Positions 15,301 through 30,300 of a DNA stretch of 64,000 bases are shown one piece after another; position 1 is the first letter of the stretch, and each line of letters opens with the position of its first letter. Location: NCBI RefSeq assembly GCF_006345805.1, contig NC_043010.1, positions 45,818,001 to 45,882,000 of the forward strand, given 5' to 3'. A model generated the notes under the pieces. It was not told where the DNA came from and did not search any database. It saw only the letters and a list, made by a program, of their open reading frames with translations. Origin of the DNA: Octopus sinensis. Its lineage: Eukaryota. The position numbers and the translations under genes were made by a program.

Positions 15301-18300
15301 TCATTATTTAATGTCCATTTTCCATGCTTGCATGGGTTGGACAGTTTGACAGGAGCTGGCTAAGCAGAAGACTGCACCAGACTTCGCTGCCTGTTTTGGC
15401 ATGGTTTTTACAGCTGGACACACATCCTAACACCAACCACCCAACAGAATGGACTGAGTGCTTTTTACATGGCACCAGCTCTGGTGAGATCTGTTTTGGC
15501 ATGGTTTTTACAGCTGGACACACATCCTAACACCAACCACCCCACAGAATGGACTGAGTGCTTTTTACATGGCACCAGCTCTGGTGAGATCTGTTTTGGC
15601 ATGGTTTTTACAGCTGGACACACATCCTAACTCCAACCACCCCACAGAATGGACTGAGTGCTTTTTACATGGCACCAGCTCTGGTGAGATCTGTTTTGGC
15701 ATGGTTTTTACAGCTGGATGCCTTTCCAAATGCTGACCATTTTAGAGTGTGGATTGGATGCTTTTTATGTGGCACCAGCACTGGTAGGATCACCAAGTAA
15801 CTTGCAAGACAAAGATCTTTTGAGAGTAAAGGTGGTGGGGGGGTCATTGGAGGAGGTGACCTTGTTCCAAGTGATGAGAGATTAGAGTGTGACAGAGGAA
15901 TAGAAACAAGTGTCTTGTTGTAGAGGAGATACATCGTTACCAGTTTGGAGTGAGAGAGAGAGAGAGAGAGAGACGTTGGTTAGTTGATTTACTCTTCATA
16001 TTTTTTTCAAAATAATTTCTGTCTTAAGTTGTAGTTGTGACTGTTGGATGCATCAGTGTTCTTATTCCTATAGCAAATTGGATAATTGGAACTCTCCTGA
16101 AGTCCATTGTCTTTGCTCAGTATAAGAAAACATTCTTGTAATTTGACTTTTGTGAGTTTACTTATTACTTTTGACCTGTTCACTGGTCATAGATGGTTAG
16201 CTAGCTGATAACTAAACAAATTACTTCTAACTAACCAATCTTCTCATCACTTGTGAAAGAGAGAAAATATTGGATGAAGTTATTTCTATGTTTTGATAAA
16301 TCCTTTCAGCTGCGTCCCTCAGGAACTGCGTGTCGGCCTAGAGAAGGAGAATGTGATTTAGATGAATACTGCACAGGGAAAGGTGAATATTGTCCGGAAA
16401 ATGTATTTATTCACAATGGACGGCCATGTTCTGGAGGACTGGTAAGAGACCCATTTTATCACAATAGTTTGCAATTTCAAAAACATTTTGTTTCTCTTGT
16501 TTTGGCTATTTGCAAAAAATGTAAAATTATTTTGCTTTACCCTCTTCATACTTTTGTATTACAAAAAACAAAAAGTAAATAAATTACTTTTTTATACATG
16601 CATACATGTATAATGGCTGTTATTTCTACCTTAAGCTTTCTCTTAAGTTATATTATTTATTTAGGCTTTCCTTTGAGTAAGGGAAAATATAATGATTTAT
16701 CGTCACTTATACTAAAGTGTTATCATTGTATCTTTAACCCTAACTGCTGTTGTAATGTCATATAGACATATACGCATGGAACGCTAACTCAACGAACATG
16801 TATATTGAATATTTTAATCATGTCCTTTAAACCGCTATAAGAAACATAAAACAAAGATTACAGAAATGCATATTTTCAGTTGAAAAACAAACATGAAGTG
16901 AAACATTTTCTTTTTAATTATTTTATTTATATAAATATAACATTTTATATTTATTTACAAGAAGAAAGATAACTTAGTCGTGAAGAAAAACGACTTTAAA
17001 TTCCTTAGCTAATTTCTTCTTTCTATCTAATACGTTAACCAACAAATCAAAATAGATTTGTGATTAACGTAGACATGGCATAAAAATTTACCGATGTCTC
17101 CAAAAGAGTGAGTGTCGTGGAGTTGAATGACTACCAAATGAACACTAAAGTCTCTCCCCAAATCCAGGGTTTTTATAACTGCTCAACCTGATCAAAAAGA
17201 ATCAAAATTCAGGACAAGCATTCTTTTCGAAACTTCTAGAATCTTTATACGAGCAGTTACACTAACCAATGGAAAAAGAACTAAAATGACAATTCCTCGG
17301 CAAAGACATTACGTCATATTGCCAATTCGCGCCACATTTCAAAATGGCTAAAATGGCTATTGCTACACATGCATACATACATACATACATATATACATAC
17401 ATACATACATACATACCTGTGGAGGTACAGTATGGCCTAAATGTTAAGGTTAAGAAGTTTACTTTGCAACTACCAGGCCCCAGGTTCAATTCCACTGCTT
17501 GGCATTTTAAGCAAATGTTATTCCCTAAAACCTCAGGGCAATTATATCTTATGAAGAGGTACAGCTTTGTGATATACTGTGCCAGACTGGTTCTGTCTGT
17601 GATTTATGTATAGAGCACACATCAATTCAGGTGCAGGTAACTCAGTAGATCAAATAGTTCTGTGGCAGCAAATTGGCAGAGTTGCTAGAAAATTGGATGA
17701 AATGTCACTCATGATCAGTATTTGTTCTGACTCTCTGCATTCTGACTTCAAATCCAATTAAGGTCACCTTTGCCTTTCATCTTTGAAGAGCTGATAAAAA
17801 ATAAGAAGTAGAAGGTGGAAGTGTTGAAGTACTGGATGGGATTTCTGCAGAGATATATTCCAACTCTTTGTGTTTTGACAGTAATGACACTGGGGTTGAG
17901 TTGTGTCAGACTTGCCATTCCCTTGAGCGACATTAATGATGAGGAGGAAAAGGAAGGCCTGTATCCATCAGCACCTGTTAGTGTTCTACAAATATTTTGA
18001 CCAGGTCTGCTCATACTGTTGCAGATATATGGTCAACACTAGACTTATGTGCATGCATATGCAGTAAGTACTGTTGAATGACATTTGACAAAGACCACTT
18101 GTTATTACAAAAGAAACAACTTTTTATCCTATTGGTAATACATGCAAAACGTTTCCACAGGTGAATGGCAATATGACAAAATCTAAGGCAGTGAGCTGGC
18201 AGAATTGTTAGCACGCAAGGTAAAATGCTTAGAAGCATTTCATCCATCCTTATATTCTGAGTTGAAGGAAAAAGTACCAGTGGATCACTGGAGTAAATGT

Positions 18301-21300
18301 AATCGACTTACCTCCACTCTCTGAAATTGCAGGCCTTGTGTCAAAATTTGAAGCCATTATTATTATCATTATTAAGGTGGTGAGCTGGCATAATCATTAG
18401 AACACCAGGCAAAATGCTTAGCAATATTTCGTCTGTCCTTACATTCTGAGTTCAAACGCCACTGAAGTCAACTTTGCCTTTCATTCCTTTCAGAGTGAAT
18501 AAAGTAAGAACCAGTAAAGCACTGGGGTCAGTGTAATTCACTCACTGCCCCACTCCCACCCACTCCAAAATTGCTGGCTTTGTGACAACATTTGAAACCA
18601 ATATTATATTCTGAAAGGTGGCAAACTGGCAGAAACATTAGCACGCCAGATGAAATGCTTAGCGGTATTTCGTCTGTCTTTACATTCTGAGTTCAAATTC
18701 TACCAAAGTCGACTTTGCCTTTCATCCTTTTGGGGGTCAATAAATTAAGTACCAGTTGCATACTGGGGTCGATCTAATCGACTGGCCACCCTCCCCAAAA
18801 ATTTGGGGCCTTGTGTCTTGAGTAGAAAAGATTATGATATTCTGAGTTCAAATGCACTGAGGTCGACTTTGCCTCTCATCCTTTCGGGGTCAATAAAATA
18901 AGTACCAGTCAAGTATTGGGGTTGATGTAATTGACTTCCTTCACCCTTCAAAATCCTTACCTTGTGCCAAAATTATAAAGCTTATTATAATAAAATCTTC
19001 AACAAATCGCTATACATATAAAGCAGTATGGACACTAGCTACGTGAACCTCAAAATTTATTCAATATCCACAGTGCATTACTTTAAGTGTTAAATTTACC
19101 TTCCTGTTAATTACCACTTTCTTGCAAAGTTACTTTTATTTGTTAATTTCTTCAATGGATTATCAATGTTTTTTTTTTCTTAATTTTGAAATGATATCTA
19201 TAATATATCAGAATTCCTACAGTGTTTACAATCATTTATCAGATTGATCTGTGTTGTAAACGTTTTTAATCAATAAATATTATCGATCTTCTCTCATTCA
19301 ATAACACTAGATTAGATACTCAAAACGACGAAAAATAACTCTTCGGTATATTAATACGACTTATCTCCCTTGAAACAAAAAATTTGTTTTTTTTTTTTTT
19401 TTAAATTCTCAATTGTGAAGTCATCCCTGCATTTAAGGTTTATTGAAACCCCACAGCCTAGAGAATCCAGTATCTTTTTTTTATCATTATTAAAGGCAAA
19501 TTTCAATGTGAATGGCTAATCTCTTGCTTTTGCCTAGAAGCATACATACAAAATCTTACATAGACCTCCCCTTCTTCTTCGGGTTCATATAAGATTTTGA
19601 TGTTAAAATTTACGTACCATAAATTGGTTATGCTTCTACAATATACAAAATATTTTAATTTTTTTATACGATTCCTAATAATATTTAATTATAAAAAAAT
19701 ACAGTAGGATCTTTTTTATACACATCAAATTGCTATGAAGGTCCAGTAGAGTAAAATAGGAATAAAAGTGGGGTTCATAGGTAACAAATGGTTGAGAATC
19801 ACTGTTTTAATCCCAGACTAGTCCTAATTCAGCAGACCTCCGATCAAATGTATTCCAACTATGACCATCATATCATATTTTCCAGACATAATGTATCTAG
19901 GAGTACATTATATGATGTGCCCTATATTCTAACATGGCATCGAATAATATGGTAACAATTGTTAATTTTCAACACCCATTCTCATTAAAACTGAGATTAT
20001 GTAGCCATCACATTTTCTGGCAGACTATAAGATACTTTGATGATGATGTAAATTGTGTTGAAATCAACAAACCATTTATATTACTCAGCTGGTTATTCTA
20101 TATTTTGGTATCAGAATGTTTTGAATCTTAACCATGTGATAAAAATTGAAGCAGTTGACAAGATGATTGGTAGATGGGGTGTTGATAAAGACAATGTGAA
20201 TAGTCTCTGTTAGAAGTCATTCAGGCCAATAATCATGGACAACTTTCAAAAGTTCTTGGCCTGACTGTACTAAACACAAGATTAGGGTGGGGTGGGAAAT
20301 TCCTTTTGTTATTTTATTTTATTTTATTTTCATTCATTCAGTATATACTCAACAGGCATTGAAATTTTGTCACTCAGTATTTCAGACAGGCCTGGCTGAT
20401 GGTATTTCTGTAGAGTTTTTTGAACTGGCAATGCTTCCTGGATAGTACTGCTAAGTCAGGGATTTCTGGAAATTATCAACATTTTCATGTTTCGTTTGAA
20501 ATAGAAAAAGGGTGGGAAGGGAAGTGCTGTCTCCCAGCAAATTTGTTGAAAGGAAGATTAGAGTGGTGAGCTTGGTCCAAGTCTACAGGCCTACACTGAG
20601 CATACACCTGTAGATTGGAGAAAGACAAAGAGAGAGAACTTGCCTTAGTGTTCAGGGTGACCACTTTTGTGGATTTTCCACAAATAATATTTGGAGAACT
20701 TCTCCCCTTTGGATAATTATTCTTTGTTTAAATCATGTAATCCCACACTGTATTATCCTGTAATATCTTTAATGTTTTTGTCAACTCCTGTTGGCTAATA
20801 AAGAAATTAATTCTTGTAATGTAATCAAGTAGCTCCCTCCCCCTACACACATATACATACACACAAAAATTCTACCTATAGTAGAAAGAATTGTTGTTTT
20901 TATCATCACCATCATCATCATTATTATTATCATTATTATTATTATTATTATTGTTGTTGTTATTGTTATTTTCAGTCATACTGTTACAAAGGACAGTGCA
21001 ATACTCACACAAAACAGTGTCGGTTGCTATGGGGAGAAACTGGCAGAGTATCCGATGATATTTGCTTCAAACTAATAACGTACTTGGCAATGTCAGTGGT
21101 AACTGTGGTTTCAACTGGCAGACAGACAGATACACAGCTTGTGCAGCGAAGTAAGTTGACCTTGACTTTATTACTGAACTCGGGTTTTAAATTTGATGGT
21201 AGAAAATTGAGAAAAAAGTTGCAAAAATTATGATAAATGTTACTATCTATCTATTGTAATAAAATGGTGTAATTAATCTGTGTTTGACAGTCATCAATTA

Positions 21301-24300
21301 TTTACACTTACTAATACACACATAAGTATGCATATGTGTATTGCATTCTTTATATTGTCGTATGTAGGGGGGTATGCATGTGTGTGTGTTTGCCTGTATG
21401 CACTACACTGCACTCACATGTATGTGGATGCATGTAGTCTTTCCAGGCTCATTTTACTATAAAATTATAATACAATGTTTTATGTTTTTCTTTCTTTACT
21501 TTTTTCCCATTTGTTAAAGAAGTTGTTTTTGATAATTTCATTGCTTCTTTTCTCAGTTTTAGAACATTTTTTTTTATAAGAATTCCTTTTGAGTGAATTG
21601 CAACTAGTAATCATGGTCCTTATATATCTCATACTATTACACTGTATAACACAATTTTTGTCCTTGGGTAGCGACTGTTTATTCCTATTTGCTTACCCTT
21701 AGAACTTACAGAAAATGACTAATATTTTCTTCAAACTTTGCTTTTCTTAAAAAGTAAATAGGAAATAACACTTACTGACCAAAGACAAAAAAAAATTTAA
21801 TTTTGTTAATGGTGTTGGATCAGATCTGATCAATTGTAGATATTAAAATTCCCAATCCTTCAAGAACAAAACAATCCTGTGCACAAAGCCTCATTTTCTG
21901 TACTAGAATTGTCAGAATTTTGGATTTCGCTTTGAAGCCAATATCTTCGATTAGCTATACTAGAGTCGTTAAATCTCTGTTGCCCTTTGAATCATCATAT
22001 CTTTGTGAATTAGGTATCTCTGTGCTTATGGAAATGAAGTAAAAAAAAAAAAACAGGAATGATTACAGATGGTAGATGAGGGGTTACATATTTGTTTATC
22101 TTATTTAGAACCTCATTTTCACAAAATTCTTTCTCAAAATCAATTGCATACTTCTCACTAAAAACATTATTATTGTATTATATTATTCATGTATATATTA
22201 TATGTTCATAAAACAATGTTCTCTTATTGTAAATATAATAAGAATTTATTTATTTTTATTCATACTAATAAAGTATATTCAATTTTGTTGGGATTTTATT
22301 TGGTGTGCTGCAAAATAAATTCTCTTTGCCTAGTGTGTTGTAAGGTAAAAATGTTTGGCAGACACTGCATTAACTCAAACTTGAAATTTATTTTATATTT
22401 AGAATCCCTAAACAACAAAACTAAATGCTTGGTTGTTTGTGAATTTGGTTGCTTTTTGTTTTTGGGTTTTTTGTGGTTTTTTTGACAATGATATTGTTTC
22501 TGTATATGTTGTTATACTTTGAAGCATCAAATCATGTTTTACCTTTTTGCCTTGTTTCTGTTTCCAGAGATGTTCGTTGTGGTATGCTTCATTGTGTTCA
22601 CAAAAATGAAAAACTAATGTTCTGGAAAGATAACCTTGCTAAAAAATTTCCAACATCATTCAAAGATGCTGGTAGGACAATTGAAGTATGTCGGGCAGTA
22701 ATTTTGGATGTAGGCCTTCAGATGCAAGACCCTGGATTGGTACCAGATGGCTCTAAATGTGGTGATGAAAAAGTAAGTTCACTTTCCTTTTTAGTTTATC
22801 TGTCCATCCATGTGTGTGTGTGATGAATTTAATGTGAATGTAAGAATTTGTCAAGATTCAGTTCTTAGTTCTCTCCTTTTCATCATTGTCCTACAGTTCA
22901 TCACAGAAGATTTTAATATTGGATGTCTTTGGGAACTCCTATATGCTGATGATCTAGTTCTCATTAGCTGAAAATATAGGGGAATTAGAGAGGAAATTCC
23001 AGAAATGGAAGTTAAATCTAAAATCATATGGTGTTAAGATAAATTTATCAAAGACAAAGGTTGCAGTATGTAGGAAAGAAGACAAGACCCTGGTATCTTC
23101 AGGGAAATAGCCTTGCTAGCTATACAAAAAAGGATTAGATATAAACTCCATATGCTGCACCCGGTGTAAGCTATGGGCACACAAGAGATGTTGCAAAATC
23201 ACAGACCATGAGAGAACTTAGGCTTTCTATGTGTTAGAAGCACTAGAGCAGTACACACTATGAACAGGAACACCAGAAATATATACTCTTGAGTGCCTAG
23301 ATGGCTCATGAAAAGTAGTTGATAGCTTCTGTTATTAAGGAGATGTAATTAGCGAGGGAGGTGGTTGTTCCAAAAGTATAGTAGCTAGAATAAGAACAAG
23401 TAGGAGAAAGTTCAAGGAGCTACCACTACTGTTGACATCAAAGTGTGTGAAGGGTAGATTGTATGGCATTTGTGTTCGAAATGCCATGCTGAATGGTAGT
23501 GAGATATGGGTCTTGAATGCAGGGGATTTGTGAAGAGTGGAAAGAAATGAAGCTAGTGTACTCCATTGGATTTGTAATATAATGAATGACATTGTATAAA
23601 TGTGACAAGAGAAAACCTTGGCATTAGAAGAATCAAATGTAACCTGCAAGAAAGAAGATGGCACTGCATATGGATAAAGACAGCGGTGTAAAGAAGTGTC
23701 AGTTACTGAATGCAGTTGGTGTTTGTAGAAGAGGAAGACACGAATGGAACAAAGTAGTCAAGTCTGACCTCAGAACTCTGAGTCCCACAGAAGGGATGAC
23801 AGGGATGTCTGCTGATCTGAAGTTCTTGAGAAGACATGGTTAATGCTGCAAAACTGGCCTCTGGAAGCACTGCATCTGTATGTGTGTGTAGGCACAGATG
23901 AGCACTTTGCCCAATCTCTTCCTCATATCTCCTTTATCCACCCACTATCCGTTATCTCTCTCATTACAAGTCCCCATTGATTCCATTTTCTTCATGCTAC
24001 ATGGAACCATTTCACTTGTTAGCCATTACCTACCCATTACATTGAACATCCTCCCCCTACTAATCCACAAAATTATTTCCCCTCATGCACTATACCTGCC
24101 TCTTAACCCTCATCAACTGCATCATCATTACTAGTACCATTCTACCTTCTAAATGTGAATAAGCTATATAACTCCTCTAAACAAGAACCTGTTCATCTTC
24201 TCTCTCCCCTTCTCACACTTTAGCCCCTCATTTTCTAGCATAAAACTACCCACTTCCTACTCCAATCTTGTGAGCTACATTGTGACTTCTCTAGTGCCAG

Positions 24301-27300
24301 TGGCACAAAAGAAAAAGCACCCAGTACTCACTGCAGAGTCGTTGGCATTGGGAAGGACATCCAGTCATAAAAACCGTACCAAAGCAAAGACTGGAGCATG
24401 ATTCACGTCTGTCCAAGCCAAATCAGCATGAGACATGGATTTCAAATGATCATGATCACGATGATGTTGGCAGCAGCACTGTCACCACCATTGGAATAAA
24501 TACTTCCTTCAGCCATCTCAGTCTCATCAAGGATGATGAGTTTACTACTCAGAATCAAATAACTAATATCTCCTATTCAAATTAGCAGGAGAAGCCCCTA
24601 TTTCTATATATCTCATCATTAAAAGAAAATATGTGCAAATGTCTCCCATCAAAACCAACCTTAACCCTTTTGATACTAACCCAGCCAAAACCGGCTCTGG
24701 CTCTGTAGTATAAATGTCTTGTTTTCATAAGTTTTTCATTAAAATATACCACCAAACCTTAGTCACAATTTATGATCCTAACAATAGCTGAATGATAAGT
24801 AAGTTATTTTACTAAATTCTTTGTTATCCCTCTCTCTCTTTCGGGGAGGCACAAGCACCTACACGCACATATACACACACGGCAGTAACTTCCATCTACC
24901 GAATTCAATCACAAAGCTCCGGTCGGCTCGGGGCTATAGTGGAAGACACCTACCCAAAGTGCCACGCAGTGGGATTGAACCCGAAACCATGTAGCTAGGA
25001 AGCAAGCTCCCTAACCACACAGCCATGCCCGCACCTATTTACAATTAATTGAAAGAAACACAGAGCATCTCAAAATGAATACGGTAACGAAAGGGTTAAT
25101 TGAATATTGTAAATACTGCATCCACGGGATTGCTTAACATTTCAGTATACATTGAAAAAAGTATGTCATTTAAAAAAAAATAACCAAAAGATACATGGAA
25201 ATAAAAATTTTTTTTAATTATGCCTGATTAACTTCTAACATAAATCAGATAGATTAATTTAACAGGTGTGTTTTTATCTATGTTCTGGCAAATGGATTTC
25301 CATAAGAACTTAAAGTCCCAAGACCCGCATCCATATTTATTATAAGTCACAAATTTATTTTATATTCAGTTGCTTATCCAGGTAATGGAAATTAGATGGA
25401 ACAATAAAGGCAAAGCTGTAAATAATCATCGCAAAAGTTAATCAAATTCTAGATTAGAAATTCTATTATTTGGGTTCAGATAATGTCAGCATGAATTGGA
25501 AGCACTTAATTGCTAATATTTGGTGTATAAACGAAGGGGGTTGTATATAATATGTGTCAGCAAGTGACCTGCATACTTAAAGTAAGCTGTCATTACATAA
25601 ATTTAGCTCATAATTATAAGTTCTCTTTAACAACATATGTAATGGATAGTATTTATGCCAGGTAGTTTTGCCCTGTGTTAGAACTAATTATTAACTATAA
25701 TTCTTTCAAGTTGAACGTAACCTACACTTCATTCATTGTAAACATCTGAAAGGTTAAGCACATGCCTGCATTTCTATGAAACTTGAAGTAAATGGCTGTT
25801 GTAGTCATTAATTGTTGATCTGTAAATATCATTTTTGTCATTATTTTACATGTCTGCTTTATATTCTCCTAAGCCTGAATGAAAACTAGGCTGCAGTGAA
25901 ATATATATATAGCTGTGATTGATATACAGAAGTGGAGTAGTAAAAATTTCACAGAGTGTACTTGATATGATCTATGGATGCACAAGAGGTGTAACAGAAT
26001 ATAGGCAGGTTGATGGTTAATAAAGATGAATGTGACAGATTTGCTGGTGTAGTCAGCAGACAAAGGATTGGTAAAATAAATACTTTCCAATGCCCAGAAG
26101 GCTCTATAGAAGTGGTCCATAGCTTCTGTTGGCTACTAGGCAATCTTAGCAATAGTGGCTGGCAATGGGTGCTCTAAAATCATTGTAACTAGAAGTAGAA
26201 TATGGGGAAAAAGTTCCTGGAGTTATTAACTCTGCTGATCAGAAGGAGGTTCTTAGTTCGAGCAAGAGCAAATTGTACAATGCTTGTGTATGAACCAAGA
26301 TTCTTCATGGTAATGTGATATGGAATTGAATTCAGAAGATGTGTTAAAGCTGGAAAGAAATGAAACAAGCATGTATTGATGGATATGTAATGTTAGTGTA
26401 TGTGAATGACATGCTACAGAGGAGCTAAGAGGAGAATTTGGACATAAGAGGAATGACTGCAATGGTGTGGACATGTAATGCATTTGAGTGATGACAACCG
26501 GGTAAAAAGAGCAGGAGATCCATGTGGGAGGAAACCCTAGAGAAAGAAGACCAAGGAAGACATAGGCAGGTGTAATGAAAGATGATGTTTTGGATGTTGA
26601 ACATTACAAAAGATGTTTACAAAAGAATGCAGCAAATGGCAGGACCCAGTGCTAAAGAGGACCTAAGAAAGCATGGAAAAGTAGGTTGAAGGAGGAAAGA
26701 AAAGAGAAGAAAGGGAGGAGAAACCACCGTCATCATTATCATCATCATTACCATCATCATTATGTCTCATTTTCAAGTAAACAGATAATCATTATTGCTA
26801 CTCTCACCATCCTTAAATTCTGAAATTGCTTTCTACTCATTATCATCAGCATTATCATATTATCATGAACAAGACCATTTTTTACTTCATTATCAATACT
26901 GTAGCTCTTCATTAACTAACTATTTTACATTTCTTTTTCTTCTCTCACCAATTAGATCTGTGTAGAGCAACAGTGTAAACCACTGCAGAAATTAGGATTT
27001 CCTGATTGCCCTAAAGGATGCAATGGACATGGAGTAAGTTTGAGATTAAAGATATTATCTATTATCTATTATGTATGATATATATATATATATAACAATG
27101 ACCATATAGTTAATGAACTGATACTGGGTTTTGCATAAATTCTATTCTCTTCTAAAACTTTTGTTGTACTCTCCTTTGTATCATCATACCTTTCACAGTA
27201 CCAAGAACAATTAAGCTAGATATATATTTGTATATCTTTTATCTTTTGCTTGTCTCACTTGTTATACTGCAGCCATGCTGAGGCACCTCCTTGAAGAATT

Positions 27301-30300
27301 TTAGCCAAGCTTATCAAACCCAGTACTTGTTAATTTTTTGTAAAACCTGGTACTTATTCCATACTGGATTGGGTTGGATGGTTTGACAGGAGCCAGCCAG
27401 GTAGAAGACCACCCCAGGCAGCTGTGTCTATTTTGGCATGAATTTTATGGTTAGATTGCCTTCCTAACACCAACCACTCCACAGAGTGGACTGAGTGCTT
27501 TTTACATGGCACCAGCACAGGCGAGGTCAGTTTTGGCATGGTTTTACAGCTGGACGTGCTTCCATAGGCCATATAATCTCAAAGCAAATTCCATTGGGTT
27601 TGTGCTTCCCATAGAATGTGACTAATTAGTGTATTAAGCTCAAAACAAATTGATTCAGTGTAATCAACTAAGAGTATAAAAATTGCACCCCTCTACCAAG
27701 CCTTTGTTGAACCAGTGTAGCAGTGTAGACTCATCAAACCAATATGATCTGAAGCTCAAATTCACAGCCTCTACATTGGACTGTGGTTGGTGGACAGAAT
27801 ATGTTGATGCCTTCATCTTGCAGTGGACTAAACAAGGCAATCTAATCCAGTCCAACCCAAGCTCCATACATAGTCTTGATCTACCACAATATTTTCATTA
27901 TGTGTGCAAATAAATGCATTTTGAATGAGAACACATTTGAAGTATCAAAACAGGAAAATGTTTCATCTAAAGCAGTGTTTCTGAACCATTTTTTGCCTAT
28001 GGGCCCTTTTGATTCCTATTTTAATCATTCAATGTTTAAAAAAATTCTATAATATTTTTTTTATAATTAAACATTATTAGGAATTTTACTTAAAAAATCC
28101 TTGATATATTTAATGTATTGTAGAAATATAACCAATTTATTGCTGTTAAATTTTAGCAACAAAATCTTCTTTGGACCCCCCAAAGGCCATATAGACCCCA
28201 GTTGAGAACCACTGATCTAAAGAATATATTGATTTCAAATTTTTGTGCAAAGCCAGAAGGTTCAGTGGGGTGGTTAAGTTGATTACATCAACTCCAGTAT
28301 TCAACTGGTACTTTTTTTATCGACCCCAAAAGAATGAAAAGTAAAGTCAACCTTGGCAGACTTTGAATTCAGGGACAGACAAAATACCGCTAAGCATAAT
28401 GCCCAGTGTGCTAATGATTCTGCCAGTTTGCCACATTTATGTAAAGAATACACTAGAATGCATTTATGCAAAATAATCCTTTCGACTATAGGCACAGGGC
28501 CTGAAATTTGTGGGAAAGGGATAGGGGGATACATTGATCCCAGTACTCGGCTGTTATTTATTTTATTGACCCTGAAAGGATGAAAGGCAAAGTCGACCCT
28601 GGCAAAATTTGAACTCAGAACATAACTATGGATGAAATGCCACTTAGCATTTTACCTAGCTTGCTAACGATGCATTTATGCAAAAAATAATGATGTCTTT
28701 TGCATACTATATTAATGTGCCTGTTTGCAGTGTTTATGTATCTCTTTACTATATTATCTGTTAGTAAAATTGAAAGAATTAATTAATCAACTTAAATATC
28801 TTAATTTCTCTTCTAGGTGTGCAATAGCCGTGGGAATTGCCATTGTGATGCTGGCTATGGACCCCCTTACTGTGACAAAGAAGGGAAGGGTGGAAGTGTC
28901 GACAGTGGAAATGCTAACCTAGAAAAAGGTAAACCACGCACATATACACAAAACCTCTCACTTTCTCTCTCATCTCATTACATTTGAAGCTAAACTTTTT
29001 CCAGTTTTACCAACATAAAGATCACCTTAATAGATTACTCCTGTATATATTTTGTGAGTGCCTCAGGAAAGGAACCTCAATTGCAATTCAAAGAGTGGAG
29101 TCCCATGGGTGACCTATTTTGACACCCTTCCAGTAATTTCAAGCAGATGAAGCTCTCCACCCATGTAAGGCAATTCACCTAAAAAGCCATTCCAGCGTGA
29201 AACCTACAGCTTGCATGTCACCACAACCATCTTAACCCACTGATCCACTATGGTCAGACCTCCAAGTCTAAAGAGTGGGATTGAGCTATGTAGTCCGACT
29301 CTCACTTTAAAAATATCAAGTGCAAGCAGAAAGAAAAGCCCTATAACATCAAAGATCAGTTTCCATAACCATAAGAAGGCATACCACTCTTCCTCTGGAC
29401 ACAAAGAAATTACCACTACCATCATTATATATATAGGCATGTCTGTATGGTTAGAAAATTGCTTCCCACCCACATGGTTTCGGGTTCAGTCCTGCTGCAT
29501 GGCACCTTTGGCAAGTGTCTTTTACTATATCCTCAGGCTGACCAAAGTTTTGTGAGTGGATTTGGTAGGCAGAAACTGAAAGAAGCCCTGCTTCCCAACC
29601 ACATGGTTCTGGGTTTAGTCCCACTGTGTGACACCTTGGCAAATGCACAAACAGAAAGATGCACACATCTCAATATATACATATATATGATGGGCTTCTT
29701 TCAGTTTCCGTCTACCAAATCCACTCACAAGGGTTTGGTCAACCTGAGGCTATACTAGAAGACACTTGCCTAAGCTGCTACAGAGAGGGACAGATCCTGG
29801 AACCATGTGGTTTGGGAAAAAAGCTTCTTACCAACAGCCATACCTGCACCTATAATATATATGTGTGTGTATGTGTGTGGAGAGGAAAAGAGAAAGCTAG
29901 CCACTGAAATCTGCAGGTAAATTAGAATGGTTATTTGTAATATTGACTTATGGCCTTCTTTTAATTGGCCACAATGAGCTTTTCAAGAAAAGAAGCAAAA
30001 TTGATTAAAATTTATCCCTGTATATTTTCAGTATTTATTAAGACTGAATGATTGAAAAATGTAATCGAATCCAGTGAGATTTGTACTCTGAATGCCAAGG
30101 GAGAAAACTATAAATACTTGCCATCTATTTGGCCTTGTATTATTTCTGATAACTTTGTTACCTTTAGTATTGTTATTTAAATTCTAATATCTTTTTGTTT
30201 AAAATTCTGCTGAATGCTTTTCTCCATTATTATCCTCTTTTTTTTTTTCTCTCTTTTTTTCTCACTGTAGAAAGCCCCGTTGTGACTATCGTGCTGGTCA

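Noticed and set aside
21024-21233. ORF-track 69-aa ORF as a separate gene or extended exon
   Set aside because: It is the frameshifted read-through of the ADAM Cys-rich exon into the intron.
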